DNA of 64,000 nt from assembly GCA_965212015.1 (NCBI GenBank), contig OZ243037.1, positions 256,001-320,000 on the forward strand, written 5' to 3'. The notes beneath the pieces were generated by a model. The model did no database searches and was not told the origin of the DNA. It saw only the letters and a list, made by a program, of their open reading frames with translations. Source of the stretch: Cenarchaeum sp. (GTDB lineage: Archaea; Thermoproteota; Nitrososphaeria; Nitrososphaerales; Nitrosopumilaceae). Position 1 is the stretch's first letter, and each line of letters starts with the position of its first letter. A program made the translations under genes and the position numbers. Positions 31,301 through 39,714 of the stretch are shown here, piece after piece.

Positions 31301-31844
31301 TAAATCAGAAGATTTTAAAAAATGGAAAAACATTCATGAACAGACAGTAGAAAAAAACACTCCTATACTTAAACAAATTCAAAATAAGGAAGACAAACAG
31401 AAAGATTTTGATGCATTGGAAATGGAAAATATTCTTACGAACCCTCTTTTTGTTTGGTGGCATTCTTTTGCACATGAATTAATCAATCAACTTGCGATTG
31501 ATTCAGGTTTTATGGGAGTATCATTAGGCGAGCGTGTATACTGTATACAAAAACATGAAGGACGTTATTCTGCTGGCATATTCATTTATGCTTCTAGCCC
31601 TGGTGCTGATGGCACACTTGGAGGACTTACTAGCCTAGTCGATAAAAACATTCTTCCCAAAATTATTGAAAAAACTCTAACAAAAATCAATAATTGTTCA
31701 AATGATCCAATATGTTCGGATAGAAGAATTAATGACAAGAGACGTACTGGAGCAGCATGTCATATTTGTTTGATGAATTCGGAAACATCTTGTTCATATA
31801 GGAATAGATTTCTTGATAGAAATTTGGTAATGAATACATTATGA
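25377..31844 (+). CDS. DISARM-like DrmA helicase fused to DrmB (DUF1998)
   Basis: DrmA-type motifs DLLGP, WFPTGGGKTEAY, RYTLRLLTIQQFQRA, QDELHLIEGPLGS, ASSATI, YIQSSGRVGR; then DrmB-type IRPSQFITRYGPG, CKNGHL, HSFAHELI, DGTLGGL, CSNDPIC..GAACHIC..SETSC..RNRFLDR. Confidence 0.88.
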   Translation: MLIRTHLVKALYSDLLGPKGGNKERFEEPFLNYELGILNSSFSLKSDIEQIILDSEINSDPAEINYEELDSPKIENTQNSDNIRQDIDTELNLKSGALSLGLSFVVEGDNPKLKICGTWARYLQDKQINNTGRIFNRYPNFFVTEYDVKNSQSRIIKELKTGVDGSNITHPGVVLHIFKKEIKNTKWIIKIFLENKTKYDTEKNQTEKDRIFQPQIRVRLYNSKLVDLDSDHQFDHRNYDSDDLLYLNYRTKARGYLCAAVWDEIDPEKDQQSEIGKMTWPDSLSVPENIRNTFINPSVRTEYLPLYTILQPDQKNKSTFSASVLSESWNIEDIDDHLRSIPQNYNNWIESQKTILMKNKNLGLIDKKLKSIGDNNLQHCLDIKNRIDEGIDFLQTNEKARAAFCFMNVVMNDKRLYDENKSLDWKEFQMAFILQSLKGVSGVSEIDREVADVLWFPTGGGKTEAYLGIVIFAIAYRRLTSRGKLSNDGGVSVISRYTLRLLTIQQFQRALGALIAADIRRVENWLPKDAKGGSRKISDPYMLKRFEGGKLWGNQRFSIGMWIGSETTPKDFCYATGKKGKIFLNCEGALLPQWDKRRKFTSDRGGDPAQIQTCPVCKNILCLSKEQKSSGTKTLTWIINSPKSLDDLKNIPKKEFENSRMTLEKNPIFDFICDSSTDKHYYRLTMEISSKRSIDRQSVDLWWRSFVKPQLDPNIDNEPLESTAPSMPGYFFLQIPGSRRPHDFAIFCTHKECKLNNTKWFEKIEGKYNAIIPEPFQIIDSPGISRSVPISAFTSDEQIYFQCPSLLIATVDKFANLPFEPKCSSLFGNVDVVHPWYGYGRRITFETPIQQRSSNRRIQTEFSDLKDIAGFNPPSLILQDELHLIEGPLGSMVGIYEMAVDVLSNDGTRPKYIASSATIKESKSQVGTIFRRDVNVFPPLGINSSDNYFSEIKEDIGCVGNNAGRLYLGISSTKSTVTLPIKAQSIIMSEIFKIKSNPEGYNLTDYEKNNLEDAIEPYWTFVSYFTDLQILAKFENYYSENIIDYVSKWSSIKIPNSHSNASPNSVKPGLRFFPIKLDRNIEISKIIVYCTNSNGKIKIALYKNGDPIGNMIHKFDYQNCKIGENLFELPDLFSIKNNEKIWIAIINDSEDTIFETVSTNYGSLESVGNVHEDFPDIIENLDKFSGNSIKLSLNSFRQLHTKNNIRLSSETKSEDLVRNLDRLKSRMDVDSLQTSPVFGTGIDIDRLGLIEIMNQPKTNSGYIQSSGRVGRTKPGLVINWLRAGRARDLNHYENFIGYHRMLHRFVEPVTASPFSDEAMKLCLGPIIVAILRNARSVLGNPINTGWVTDAGTVRMDEHRNDPEIIAIENILEQISSSEFIAKFRRMQKIHFKNLFKKSKGNWHEMAKDLKDNITPLFTYAERRPHVTPSNNVVLGTPNHTDLGLEVVYEDTPNSLRQTESTSTFFKSSVDTVQIRPSQFITRYGPGTLISRKTSTWVIPSLGELVSNLNGIGNFEESDTLGNRELYKYEVKDSRMKRIIRRFNPKTNWEKLRFFSMPTNSSLTIEDIKPVYRCNEFPQWAICHNKLHPSKKILSKTSYDNHILSVKCPECARLSSNAYSTEFYSVRYVLACKNGHLGDLKWEFEIHRSTNSKCSGDVFEWITSENNDNVEIICLGHWDKNNNSFISSNCHARTTYFDLKIKSKNGQLDCTAQFAESGNDPNGCDRINGISQAKMVSKTQMSIRMPVIMTTMEIQRYKGILFELYEPLILVIKTLFKSTNYTKEDFIKYLEEEKEDGTKGITNNMIRQTRTATDSVFYDVIKEIIKFARTKDSKHGSLSEYQSLEEELLSLENQTRDNGTVVQVGPDDPPTDIRFPISFSASGINFEAMPFGDIKVTQIQSGYTREISPPIIENSQELADEQNDGRRIGNFVSFSAKFTDENDNTWYLANQLKGEGIFIHLDPEHHKNAMDIFNNFKSEDFKKWKNIHEQTVEKNTPILKQIQNKEDKQKDFDALEMENILTNPLFVWWHSFAHELINQLAIDSGFMGVSLGERVYCIQKHEGRYSAGIFIYASSPGADGTLGGLTSLVDKNILPKIIEKTLTKINNCSNDPICSDRRINDKRRTGAACHICLMNSETSCSYRNRFLDRNLVMNTL

Positions 31845-32386
31845 ATTCATATTCTTTAGGCAATATTGAATCTATTGGAGCTTCAGGAAAAGCTTGGGTC
31901 GGATTTCATGCCGTTGATTTAGCAGATATGTTTTTTGAAGTACTTCGTTCTGCTAAAAAATCAATACAAATCTCTTCATTCTCCACAGGATATCAAAGTA
32001 AAGAAATGGATATTTTTTTTAATATTCTTGAAGAACAATTAGAAAACCCTCAAATGAAAATTAATATAATTATAAATGACGACGGAAAAAATAAAACTGT
32101 GACTCCATATGCTAGAAAAAACCTTGAAAAACTTCGTAATTCTTTTTCGAATCAGTTTTTTCTTCAATATTTCGAACAAAAAAATAGCAAACATCATAAC
32201 AAGATCTTACATGCAAAAATTACTGTTATTGATGGCAAGATTGCTTTAATCGGCTCAGCAAATATTTCTAAAAGTGCATTAGAATCAAATTATGAAATAA
32301 TGATGAAGATCTCTGGACAAGCTGCAGTGGATATCTCTAAAATGATATCCCATTTATCATCACAAATGAGGTTAAATAAAACATGA
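31841..32386 (+). CDS. Phospholipase D-family nuclease, DrmC-like
   Basis: Single HKD motif HAKITVIDGKIALIGSAN...NYE; ATGA overlap with the upstream gene. Confidence 0.88.
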   Translation: MNSYSLGNIESIGASGKAWVGFHAVDLADMFFEVLRSAKKSIQISSFSTGYQSKEMDIFFNILEEQLENPQMKINIIINDDGKNKTVTPYARKNLEKLRNSFSNQFFLQYFEQKNSKHHNKILHAKITVIDGKIALIGSANISKSALESNYEIMMKISGQAAVDISKMISHLSSQMRLNKT

Positions 32387-33846
32387 CGGATATACAATCT
32401 GAAAAAGCTAAATATAAACAAGAAAATAACTTTGCTAGAAAGATGTTAGAAGTATTAATACCACAATATAATAAATCTCTTCAAATAGACATGATACAGG
32501 AATGTGGTGCAATAATGAAGAATATTAGGAGATTTTCATCTAAAACATCATCAAAGGATTTTACAACTCTGGTCAATTCATGGACTATCAAAGGTGCAAA
32601 TGGCGAACCAGCATATTTCACTATGGATTTTACATTACCAATAATACAATATATTCCATCTGCATTCAAACCGATTCATTTTAAATTTAACTTTACAATC
32701 TACAATCAAGTAGAATATGTTCCATGTTATATGATGAATCTAAATCATGTAACATTGGTTAAAATCACACAAAATTTTAATTCCGATATATATAATAATC
32801 TAGATAAAAGCATATTTGCTAAATACGTATATGAGGGTGGAAGATCAATGAATTTTTCTTCATCAAATATTCTTCTTTTAGGTGCAACAAAAGAACACGT
32901 TCAAGCTTCAAAACATGATATCATTGAAAAATGTTTTGAGTATTGTTATTGGCATTTACCAACACCAAAAAATATGAATGATGTTTCCTGTCTACATAAT
33001 TTAATTTATCATAAAAGTAAATATATTGTTAATGGTGGTGTGCTTCAATTAAGGAAAACAATATTAAAAATAATTAAAATTAATGGCAAATCAATGTTAA
33101 AAATTTTACCATCAGGATCGAGTATAAAATGTAAATCAGTTTTTGTTTCGATATTAGTAGATGATGGCAAAAAAATTTTCTCAGAAAAACGCCATATGTT
33201 TATTACAGAAAATATAATAAATTCACTTAAAAATAATGATATTATACATGCAATAATAATTACCCAAAATATCTGTCATCCAAAATTTTCTTTAATAATT
33301 GGAAAAATTGGAAATATAATAGATCTAAGTAATTTAAAACCGTTTCTCAGTATAATTTTTTGGAAACATTTACAAGATATAACAGAAAATTCCAGCATTA
33401 CAAAAGTTGGACATTTAAAAAATATCACAGAATATACGTCTAAAATATTACAAGATAATTCGAATGAAGATGATCTTTTTTATCCACTATTTATTTGGAA
33501 TACAAAACTTTCAAAGAATATAGAAAAATCAATCTTGGAATTATTTCCATTATATATATTCGATGATGATATAATTCATCAGTTATCGCCGACGATGTTA
33601 TCATTTCTTCTAACAATCTCACCAGAAATCGTATCTGATAAGAAATTTATTAACACAATAATACATTTACTTGATCATTTGAATATTAATTCTAATAATT
33701 GGGGAAAGAATTCTACTTCGATATTAGATTCTAAAAACAACGTTGTAACTCCATCACTTAATACTATTCTCAGTAATTTACCAAAAATTGTAAATAGAAT
33801 GACTTATTCAAGAATATTTTCTAAGCATTACACTTGTTGGAATTAA
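32383..33846 (+). CDS. Hypothetical protein coupled to the DISARM-like operon
   Basis: 487-aa ORF in very AT-rich DNA, overlapping the PLD gene stop; no recognised motif. Confidence 0.8.
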   Translation: MTDIQSEKAKYKQENNFARKMLEVLIPQYNKSLQIDMIQECGAIMKNIRRFSSKTSSKDFTTLVNSWTIKGANGEPAYFTMDFTLPIIQYIPSAFKPIHFKFNFTIYNQVEYVPCYMMNLNHVTLVKITQNFNSDIYNNLDKSIFAKYVYEGGRSMNFSSSNILLLGATKEHVQASKHDIIEKCFEYCYWHLPTPKNMNDVSCLHNLIYHKSKYIVNGGVLQLRKTILKIIKINGKSMLKILPSGSSIKCKSVFVSILVDDGKKIFSEKRHMFITENIINSLKNNDIIHAIIITQNICHPKFSLIIGKIGNIIDLSNLKPFLSIIFWKHLQDITENSSITKVGHLKNITEYTSKILQDNSNEDDLFYPLFIWNTKLSKNIEKSILELFPLYIFDDDIIHQLSPTMLSFLLTISPEIVSDKKFINTIIHLLDHLNINSNNWGKNSTSILDSKNNVVTPSLNTILSNLPKIVNRMTYSRIFSKHYTCWN

Positions 33847-34130
33847 ACTATAATCATTAGATCTTATATTCATCAAATAAAAAATTCTAATTGAAAAATA
33901 ATTATCAAAGACCAAAATAAGCATCAAATCATGAATTTATTCACTTATGATGTATCTAGTAATTTTTGTGATATTTTTTGATTCTAACATCATTAGCTAT
34001 ATTTGCGATCTAAAACCAAAAAGATTTTACTACTATAGCTGCAAGACTTGTCTGTATTTTATATGTGGTTATAATATCATAACCTAGATCAACTAAAACA
34101 TTTTAACCCATATCTCTTTTTGTATAATCA

Positions 34131-35108
34131 ATGAAAAAGCTAACCTGCGTCATGATGGACGACTATATCTCGCGAACCAATTCTGTTCTCCAGCCTACAA
34201 GGCGGCCAAAATACTCGGTTCTGGATCTGTTTGCCGGGTGCGGCGGGCTCTCGCTGGGGTTCGAATCGGCGGGCTTTAAAAGCACGGGAATGGAGTACGA
34301 TGCGACGTGTTGCGAGACGTACAATGCCAACCTACAGGGAGAATGCATTCCGAAACTCATCACGTCTAGAACCGATTTTCCGGAGGCTGATGTGATAATA
34401 GGCGGGCCGCCGTGCCAGCCGTTTAGCGTGTTTGGCAACCAGCAGGGAAGAATGGATTCGAGAAACGGATTCCCTCTGTTTATCAGTGCGGTAAAAAAGA
34501 CAAAGCCCAGAATATGGATGTTTGAGAATGTAAGGGGGATGCTGTACCGAAACAAGGATTATTTTGAGGCCACGGTAGGAAAGCTAAAGGCACTGGGATA
34601 TCGCGTGGAATACCGGCTTTTAAACGCGGTAAACTATGGGGTTCCACAGAATAGGGTGAGGGTAATTGCCATAGGCCACCACAAAAGCTTTGAATTCCCA
34701 AAGGAACACGGCAAAGCCGTGACCTCCGGCGAGGCACTAAAAGACACATATCGCAAATGCTGGCGCGACTCAAAGTTTTTGACGCCCAGCATGGACAAAT
34801 ACATTGCGTCATATGAGAAAAAATCCCATCTCATCAATCCGCGCGACATGCATCTGGACAGGCCAGCAAGAACCATAACGTGCAGGAACCTTGCGGGGGC
34901 GACATCCGATATGCAGCGAATCAAGCTATCCGACGGCCGGAGAAGACGGCTTACCGTGCGGGAAGGGGCCAGACTGCAAAGCTTTCCGGACTGGTTTGAG
35001 TTTCTGGGGGCAGAGACTGAGCAATTCAACCAGATTGGCAACGCAGTTCCGCCTCTGTTTGCGCGCGCACTGGCCACACAGATAAAAAAACACCTGGATG
35101 CGTATTGA
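34131..35108 (+). CDS. DNA (cytosine-5) methyltransferase (candidate DrmMII equivalent)
   Basis: DLFAGCGG, GGPPCQPFS, FENVRG, PQNRVR, QIGNAVPP. Confidence 0.95.
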   Translation: MKKLTCVMMDDYISRTNSVLQPTRRPKYSVLDLFAGCGGLSLGFESAGFKSTGMEYDATCCETYNANLQGECIPKLITSRTDFPEADVIIGGPPCQPFSVFGNQQGRMDSRNGFPLFISAVKKTKPRIWMFENVRGMLYRNKDYFEATVGKLKALGYRVEYRLLNAVNYGVPQNRVRVIAIGHHKSFEFPKEHGKAVTSGEALKDTYRKCWRDSKFLTPSMDKYIASYEKKSHLINPRDMHLDRPARTITCRNLAGATSDMQRIKLSDGRRRRLTVREGARLQSFPDWFEFLGAETEQFNQIGNAVPPLFARALATQIKKHLDAY

Positions 35109-35166
35109 CTTGGCAAGCACAAAGATAGATGAGGTGCCAATTATTGCCCAAACAGGTGCGCCACAG

Positions 35167-36297
35167 TCACTTCCCAAGCAGCCCCCTCATCCTTCCCTCT
35201 ACTATTACCTGTGCGGTCTTTAGCGAGGACTTTATCCCGAGCAGCTTGATAATTGCGCCGGCGTGAAAGTCAAAATCACCGCCCTGCGAGACCTCGCCGG
35301 CAATCTTTGGGGTGACAGAGTCAAAAAGCCTGTCGATGGAGCCGTTGTCTAGCGTCTCGAGGATTTTTCTGGCGACTAGCTGCCTTTGGAACTCGCCTTT
35401 GAATTTCTTGCTCCATTCTGCCTGATAGCCTGACAGTTCCCTTCGCTCCCCGGTGTCCAGGTATCTTGATATCGAACGCGCCGCAAGAATTCCGCCCATG
35501 CCGCACGAAAATATTCCGCCGGCAGTAGTGGGCTTTGTCTGTCCTGCGGCATCCCCGATGCTCACCGTGTTGTGCCTGACAAACCTACGTATGGATCCCT
35601 TGATCCATATGGGCGCAAAGATTTTCCTGACTATCGTGGATTTTTTTCGGGCCGCAAGAAAATCCCTTATGGTTTGGGCCGGGATTATGGCCCTTCCCGC
35701 AACTCCGACCTTGCCTGTCCCCTGTGCCGATGGAATTATCCACGCAAAAAACCCGGGATACCTTTGGTTGTCAAAAAACACCTCTACCCGGCCCTTTTGA
35801 ATCCAGTCTGCGTGAACCTCGTACTGAGCAGACGTCATGACCCCTGAGCGGTCACTTTGTATCAGCGAGGATATTCCGCGCGCATCCACTATTATCCTAC
35901 ATTTGATGTCTTTGCCGCCCACCCTGGCGCCATTATCAGTCTCGCCCTGAAAGCTGGTACCCACGCTTATCTCTGCCCCGTTTTTTTGCGCCTGGTATGC
36001 CACCTGCTTGTCCATCTCGCGCCTGCTGATCCCGACTACCTCCTGCCTTGAGGCGTCAAGCTCAAAGCTCTTTCCGGAGGGCGAGAAGATCTGTGCAGTA
36101 TCAATCCTGCACATGTGGCCGGAATACGGTATTTTCAGCTCTCTCAGGGCGGCAGTGCCAATCAGTCCGCCGCAGTGCTCCGGCGTGCCAATCTCGTAAT
36201 CCTCCTCCACTACCAGGACTGTGTGGCCGCCTGCCGCTATCTCCCTTGCGCACAAGAGCCCCGCAATGCTGCCGCCTGCGACTATCACGTCATACAT
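35167..36297 (-). CDS. Geranylgeranyl reductase family FAD oxidoreductase
   Basis: YDVIVAGGSIAG, PEHCGG, GFFAWIIP, GDAAGQTKPTTAGGI. Confidence 0.88.
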   Translation of the reverse strand: MYDVIVAGGSIAGLLCAREIAAGGHTVLVVEEDYEIGTPEHCGGLIGTAALRELKIPYSGHMCRIDTAQIFSPSGKSFELDASRQEVVGISRREMDKQVAYQAQKNGAEISVGTSFQGETDNGARVGGKDIKCRIIVDARGISSLIQSDRSGVMTSAQYEVHADWIQKGRVEVFFDNQRYPGFFAWIIPSAQGTGKVGVAGRAIIPAQTIRDFLAARKKSTIVRKIFAPIWIKGSIRRFVRHNTVSIGDAAGQTKPTTAGGIFSCGMGGILAARSISRYLDTGERRELSGYQAEWSKKFKGEFQRQLVARKILETLDNGSIDRLFDSVTPKIAGEVSQGGDFDFHAGAIIKLLGIKSSLKTAQVIVEGRMRGLLGK

Positions 36298-36431
36298 GAA
36301 ATGGTGTTCTGTGTGCGATTATTTAGGTTTCAACACAACCCTGATTCTGGCCCCGTCGTGCCAAAAGTGCGCAAACACGGTGAAATTATTTGATTCAAAG
36401 GTTTTTCATGTACCGGTACGGTGGATTAACC

Positions 36432-36785
36432 ATGGGAGACATAAAGCAGGTGGTTGCAGTCCGGACTGATCTGGGCATGGGCAAGGGAAAGATTGCCGCG
36501 CAGGTGGGACATGCCTGCGTGCTTGGGGCAGAGCATGTCCGCAAGTCCAATCCGGAATGGTTTGAGCAGTGGTGGCTAGGCCAGGAAAAGGTCATAGTCC
36601 GTGTGGACAGCCTCAAGGAACTCGAAGGGGTGATAAGGGCGGCAGTCGATCTTGGCATTCCGTGGTCCAAGGTGACTGACGCCGGACACACCCAGATCGC
36701 CCCGGGTACTGTCACGTGCGTCTCGCTGGGCCCCGCACCAGAGGAGTCAATTGACAGGATTACGGGGGATTACAAGCTTCTCTGA
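36432..36785 (+). CDS. pth2: Peptidyl-tRNA hydrolase Pth2
   Basis: RTDLGMGKGKIAAQVGHA, DAGHTQIAPGT; start placed at MGDIKQ. Confidence 0.96.
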   Translation: MGDIKQVVAVRTDLGMGKGKIAAQVGHACVLGAEHVRKSNPEWFEQWWLGQEKVIVRVDSLKELEGVIRAAVDLGIPWSKVTDAGHTQIAPGTVTCVSLGPAPEESIDRITGDYKLL

Positions 36786-36829
36786 GGCTTGGCAACAAGA
36801 TATAACAAGGTAATCCTGACACCTCATCT

Positions 36830-38404
36830 GTGAAAAAACAGACCAAGGGATTGTTCTTTGTGATACTTTTTGGCGGCGGCCTGCTGTTCTGGGCCACCGC
36901 TGCCAGCGTTCCGGGAATCACGCCCGGCAACCCGAATGCCACAGTCACCATAACCGGGACTCCGGCAGATAATTTTCCAGACGTGGAAAGATCCATGTTC
37001 TGCCAGACAGGGGATGCAAAATCCAACTCTTACGTGACGGAATACAAAATCCCCGCAGAGTGCACGCAGCCGCTGGCAATTACGACGGATCCGCGCGGGG
37101 ATGTCTGGTTTGCCCAGACCAACACGGGAACGGTCACAAAGTTCGACCCCGACACGGAGGCCTTTGTGTCGTATGAAAACCCCCTGTGGCCCGACATGGG
37201 GCACTCTATGATGTGGGGAATGGACTATTCCCCGGATGATTCCATATGGTTTACCGACGACACGTACGACTCTGTCTGGAAGTTCTCGATTCCAGAGGAG
37301 GAATACCAGAGGATATCCTATCCGTCCTCCGGCAATTCGTTGCCGCAAAAGCTCAAAGTCGAGGGCTCACAGATTGTCGTAAACGACTTTGTCGGCAGCA
37401 AGCTCACATTTTTGGATCCGGCCCGTGTCGGCGACGATATTGTATATCTCAACGTGCCGTCGCCGGCAAACGGATCATTTACCAGCGATTTTACCGTCGA
37501 TGATGCGGACAATATATGGTATACGAACTGGGTGTTCGGGCAGGGCGGCATACTGATAAAGTTTGATCAGGCCGAATACACCGTGATATCCTCGCGCACG
37601 GAGAATTTCCTGCCGCTGTTTGACTTTGTCGAGGTATTTGAGCTTCCCACAGACGTGTCTGTTCCAAACGGGATTGTCATAGGGCCAGAAGGCAGGGTGT
37701 GGCTGCTGGACACCGCCAGCAGCTTCTTTTTTAGCTTTGATGAGGCGACTGGCGAGTTTACACAGTATGTCACATCAGATCCCCCCGAATCGTCCTACGG
37801 GAACGCCACTGGCGTAATACAGATGCCGGTATCGCGCCCATACTGGTCTGAAATCGACGACTATGGAAGGATTGTCTTCAACGAGCAGACTGCAAACAGC
37901 ATTGGGGTATTTGATCCAATCAGGCAGACACTTGTCGAGTATCTGGTTCCCTCAAAGAATCCGAACTGGTCGGACTGCGAGGGAATCGACGACTGCGGCC
38001 TGGCGCAGATATTTGGAATCGCGCCAGACGGCGACAAGGTGTGGTTTACGCAGTGGGTGGAGAACAATATCGGAGTAATAGACACGTCCGTCGTCCTGCC
38101 ATATTCCGTGGAAGCAGACAGGGTGGCCGCACTCGGGGCGGGCCAGACAGCAGAGCTGATGATGACTGTCACCTCTTTGGATGCGACACAGGAGGGTGCG
38201 CATTTTGTAGTCTATAACACGGCAACGCCGGATCTTACGGTGTCATCCAGCCCCGTCCAGCTGGGGGCAGGCCCCGTACAGGATGTGACAATAACGATTG
38301 CCGTCTCCGAGTCCGCACCTGCCGCAAGCCACAAGGTGCTGCTAGGCGTGCGAACAGCCGACGTCACAGTATCGCAGTATGTGACAGTTGTAATCTCGGA
38401 ATGA
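36830..38404 (+). CDS. Secreted Vgb-lyase-like beta-propeller protein with C-terminal Ig-like segment
   Basis: Signal peptide; repeated G.VWF/IWY...FDP propeller blades. Confidence 0.8.
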   Translation: MKKQTKGLFFVILFGGGLLFWATAASVPGITPGNPNATVTITGTPADNFPDVERSMFCQTGDAKSNSYVTEYKIPAECTQPLAITTDPRGDVWFAQTNTGTVTKFDPDTEAFVSYENPLWPDMGHSMMWGMDYSPDDSIWFTDDTYDSVWKFSIPEEEYQRISYPSSGNSLPQKLKVEGSQIVVNDFVGSKLTFLDPARVGDDIVYLNVPSPANGSFTSDFTVDDADNIWYTNWVFGQGGILIKFDQAEYTVISSRTENFLPLFDFVEVFELPTDVSVPNGIVIGPEGRVWLLDTASSFFFSFDEATGEFTQYVTSDPPESSYGNATGVIQMPVSRPYWSEIDDYGRIVFNEQTANSIGVFDPIRQTLVEYLVPSKNPNWSDCEGIDDCGLAQIFGIAPDGDKVWFTQWVENNIGVIDTSVVLPYSVEADRVAALGAGQTAELMMTVTSLDATQEGAHFVVYNTATPDLTVSSSPVQLGAGPVQDVTITIAVSESAPAASHKVLLGVRTADVTVSQYVTVVISE

Positions 38405-38625
38405 CTAGGCCAAAACCGGTCATAACGTGATCGCAGGAACAATGCCTGCCGTGAGAATCCCGTGATCGGCCATACGATCCCGGAGCTAGTCGCACCTGCG
38501 CGGGGCCAATGCCGCATTATTTTGCGCGCGCAAACACCGAAACGCCATTCCATGACTGTGCGGCCGTTCCGGCGTAACGATCTGGAATAATTCTTTAATA
38601 ATTTGCAACCCGAACCTGTGCTGTT

Positions 38626-39714
38626 TTGAATCCCAGACTAGTTGTGCCGGCTGTGGGTGCGGCGGTGTTTTTTACAGTAATGATTGCGCTGTACGGGGCA
38701 GACGATGCCGCAGACGTGCATACGGACGCGACGGATCCCAGAATCACCATTACTGACGGCGTAAGGCACATTATACCGCTAGACAAGATTCGCAGCGGGG
38801 GGCCTGCCAGGGACGCCATACCGTCGATAGACGCACCTGTCTTTACGGCGGCAGACGACGCAGGCCATGTGGATGACTCGGACATTGTATTGGGTCTCGA
38901 GATAAACGGGGATGCAAGGGCGTACCCGCTGTCAATACTTGTGTGGCACGAGATAGTAAACGACGTGGTGGGTGCTACTCCGGTAGCCGTCACGTACTGC
39001 CCCCTGTGCTATACGAGCCAGGTCTTTGAGCGCGTGCTAGACGGAACTATGGTGGAGTTTGGAACATCTGGCAAGCTGTACAACAGCAACCTGGTAATGT
39101 ACGACAGGACGACTGAATCTTACTGGAGCCAGGCGCTGGGGCAGGCCATAGCCGGCGAGCTTGCAGGCCAGTGCCTGAAAATCATCGCCTTTGATGTGAT
39201 AATGTGGGGCGACTGGAAGGCACTCCACCCGGATTCCCTGGTGCTTGGCACTGACACCGGTAATGCCAGACCGTACGGGACGGATCCCTACGGGGACTAT
39301 TATACAAGCGAGGGCGTATGGTTTCCGGTAGAGAATTTAGACGGGCGCATGCACCCAAAGGAGATCATTTTGGGCCTTGATATGGGGGACACCTACAAGG
39401 CGTACAAGCAGGCCGACTTGGATGGTGCGGGGCTGATCAATGACCGTGTGGGTAATATCCCGATTCTGCTGGTGTCGATGTTTGAGGGAAACGCGCGCGC
39501 CTTTGACAGGAATCTGAACGGCGAGGTCTTGGACTTTGAATTTACAGGCGAAAGGATACTTGACTTGCAGACCCGCTCAGAATGGGATTATTCGGGGACG
39601 GCAGTCCTCGGGCCGCACAAGGGCGAGTCGCTGCAGCGGCTGGCGGCAAGCCCGGGATTCTGGTTTGAATGGGCGTCGTTTCATCCGGACACCCTGGTGT
39701 ACGAGCAGACATGA
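38626..39714 (+). CDS. DUF3179 domain protein
   Basis: DAIPSID.P, ARAYP, WHEIVND, TYCPLC, SGKLYNSNLVMYDR. Confidence 0.9.
   Translation: MNPRLVVPAVGAAVFFTVMIALYGADDAADVHTDATDPRITITDGVRHIIPLDKIRSGGPARDAIPSIDAPVFTAADDAGHVDDSDIVLGLEINGDARAYPLSILVWHEIVNDVVGATPVAVTYCPLCYTSQVFERVLDGTMVEFGTSGKLYNSNLVMYDRTTESYWSQALGQAIAGELAGQCLKIIAFDVIMWGDWKALHPDSLVLGTDTGNARPYGTDPYGDYYTSEGVWFPVENLDGRMHPKEIILGLDMGDTYKAYKQADLDGAGLINDRVGNIPILLVSMFEGNARAFDRNLNGEVLDFEFTGERILDLQTRSEWDYSGTAVLGPHKGESLQRLAASPGFWFEWASFHPDTLVYEQT

Larger units (their letters stand above)
20340..35160. mobile_element. Defence genomic island (approximate boundaries)
   Basis: Abrupt drop in GC, cluster of RM, DISARM-like and helicase genes between housekeeping genes; no integrase or att site seen inside. 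Confidence 0.75.

Noticed and set aside
25377-31844. Druantia DruE or Dpd DpdJ as the identity of the large helicase-DUF1998 protein
   Set aside because: Similar size and domain order, but the motifs follow DrmA then DrmB, a PLD gene follows directly, and no other dru or dpd genes are evident; an HMM test is still needed.
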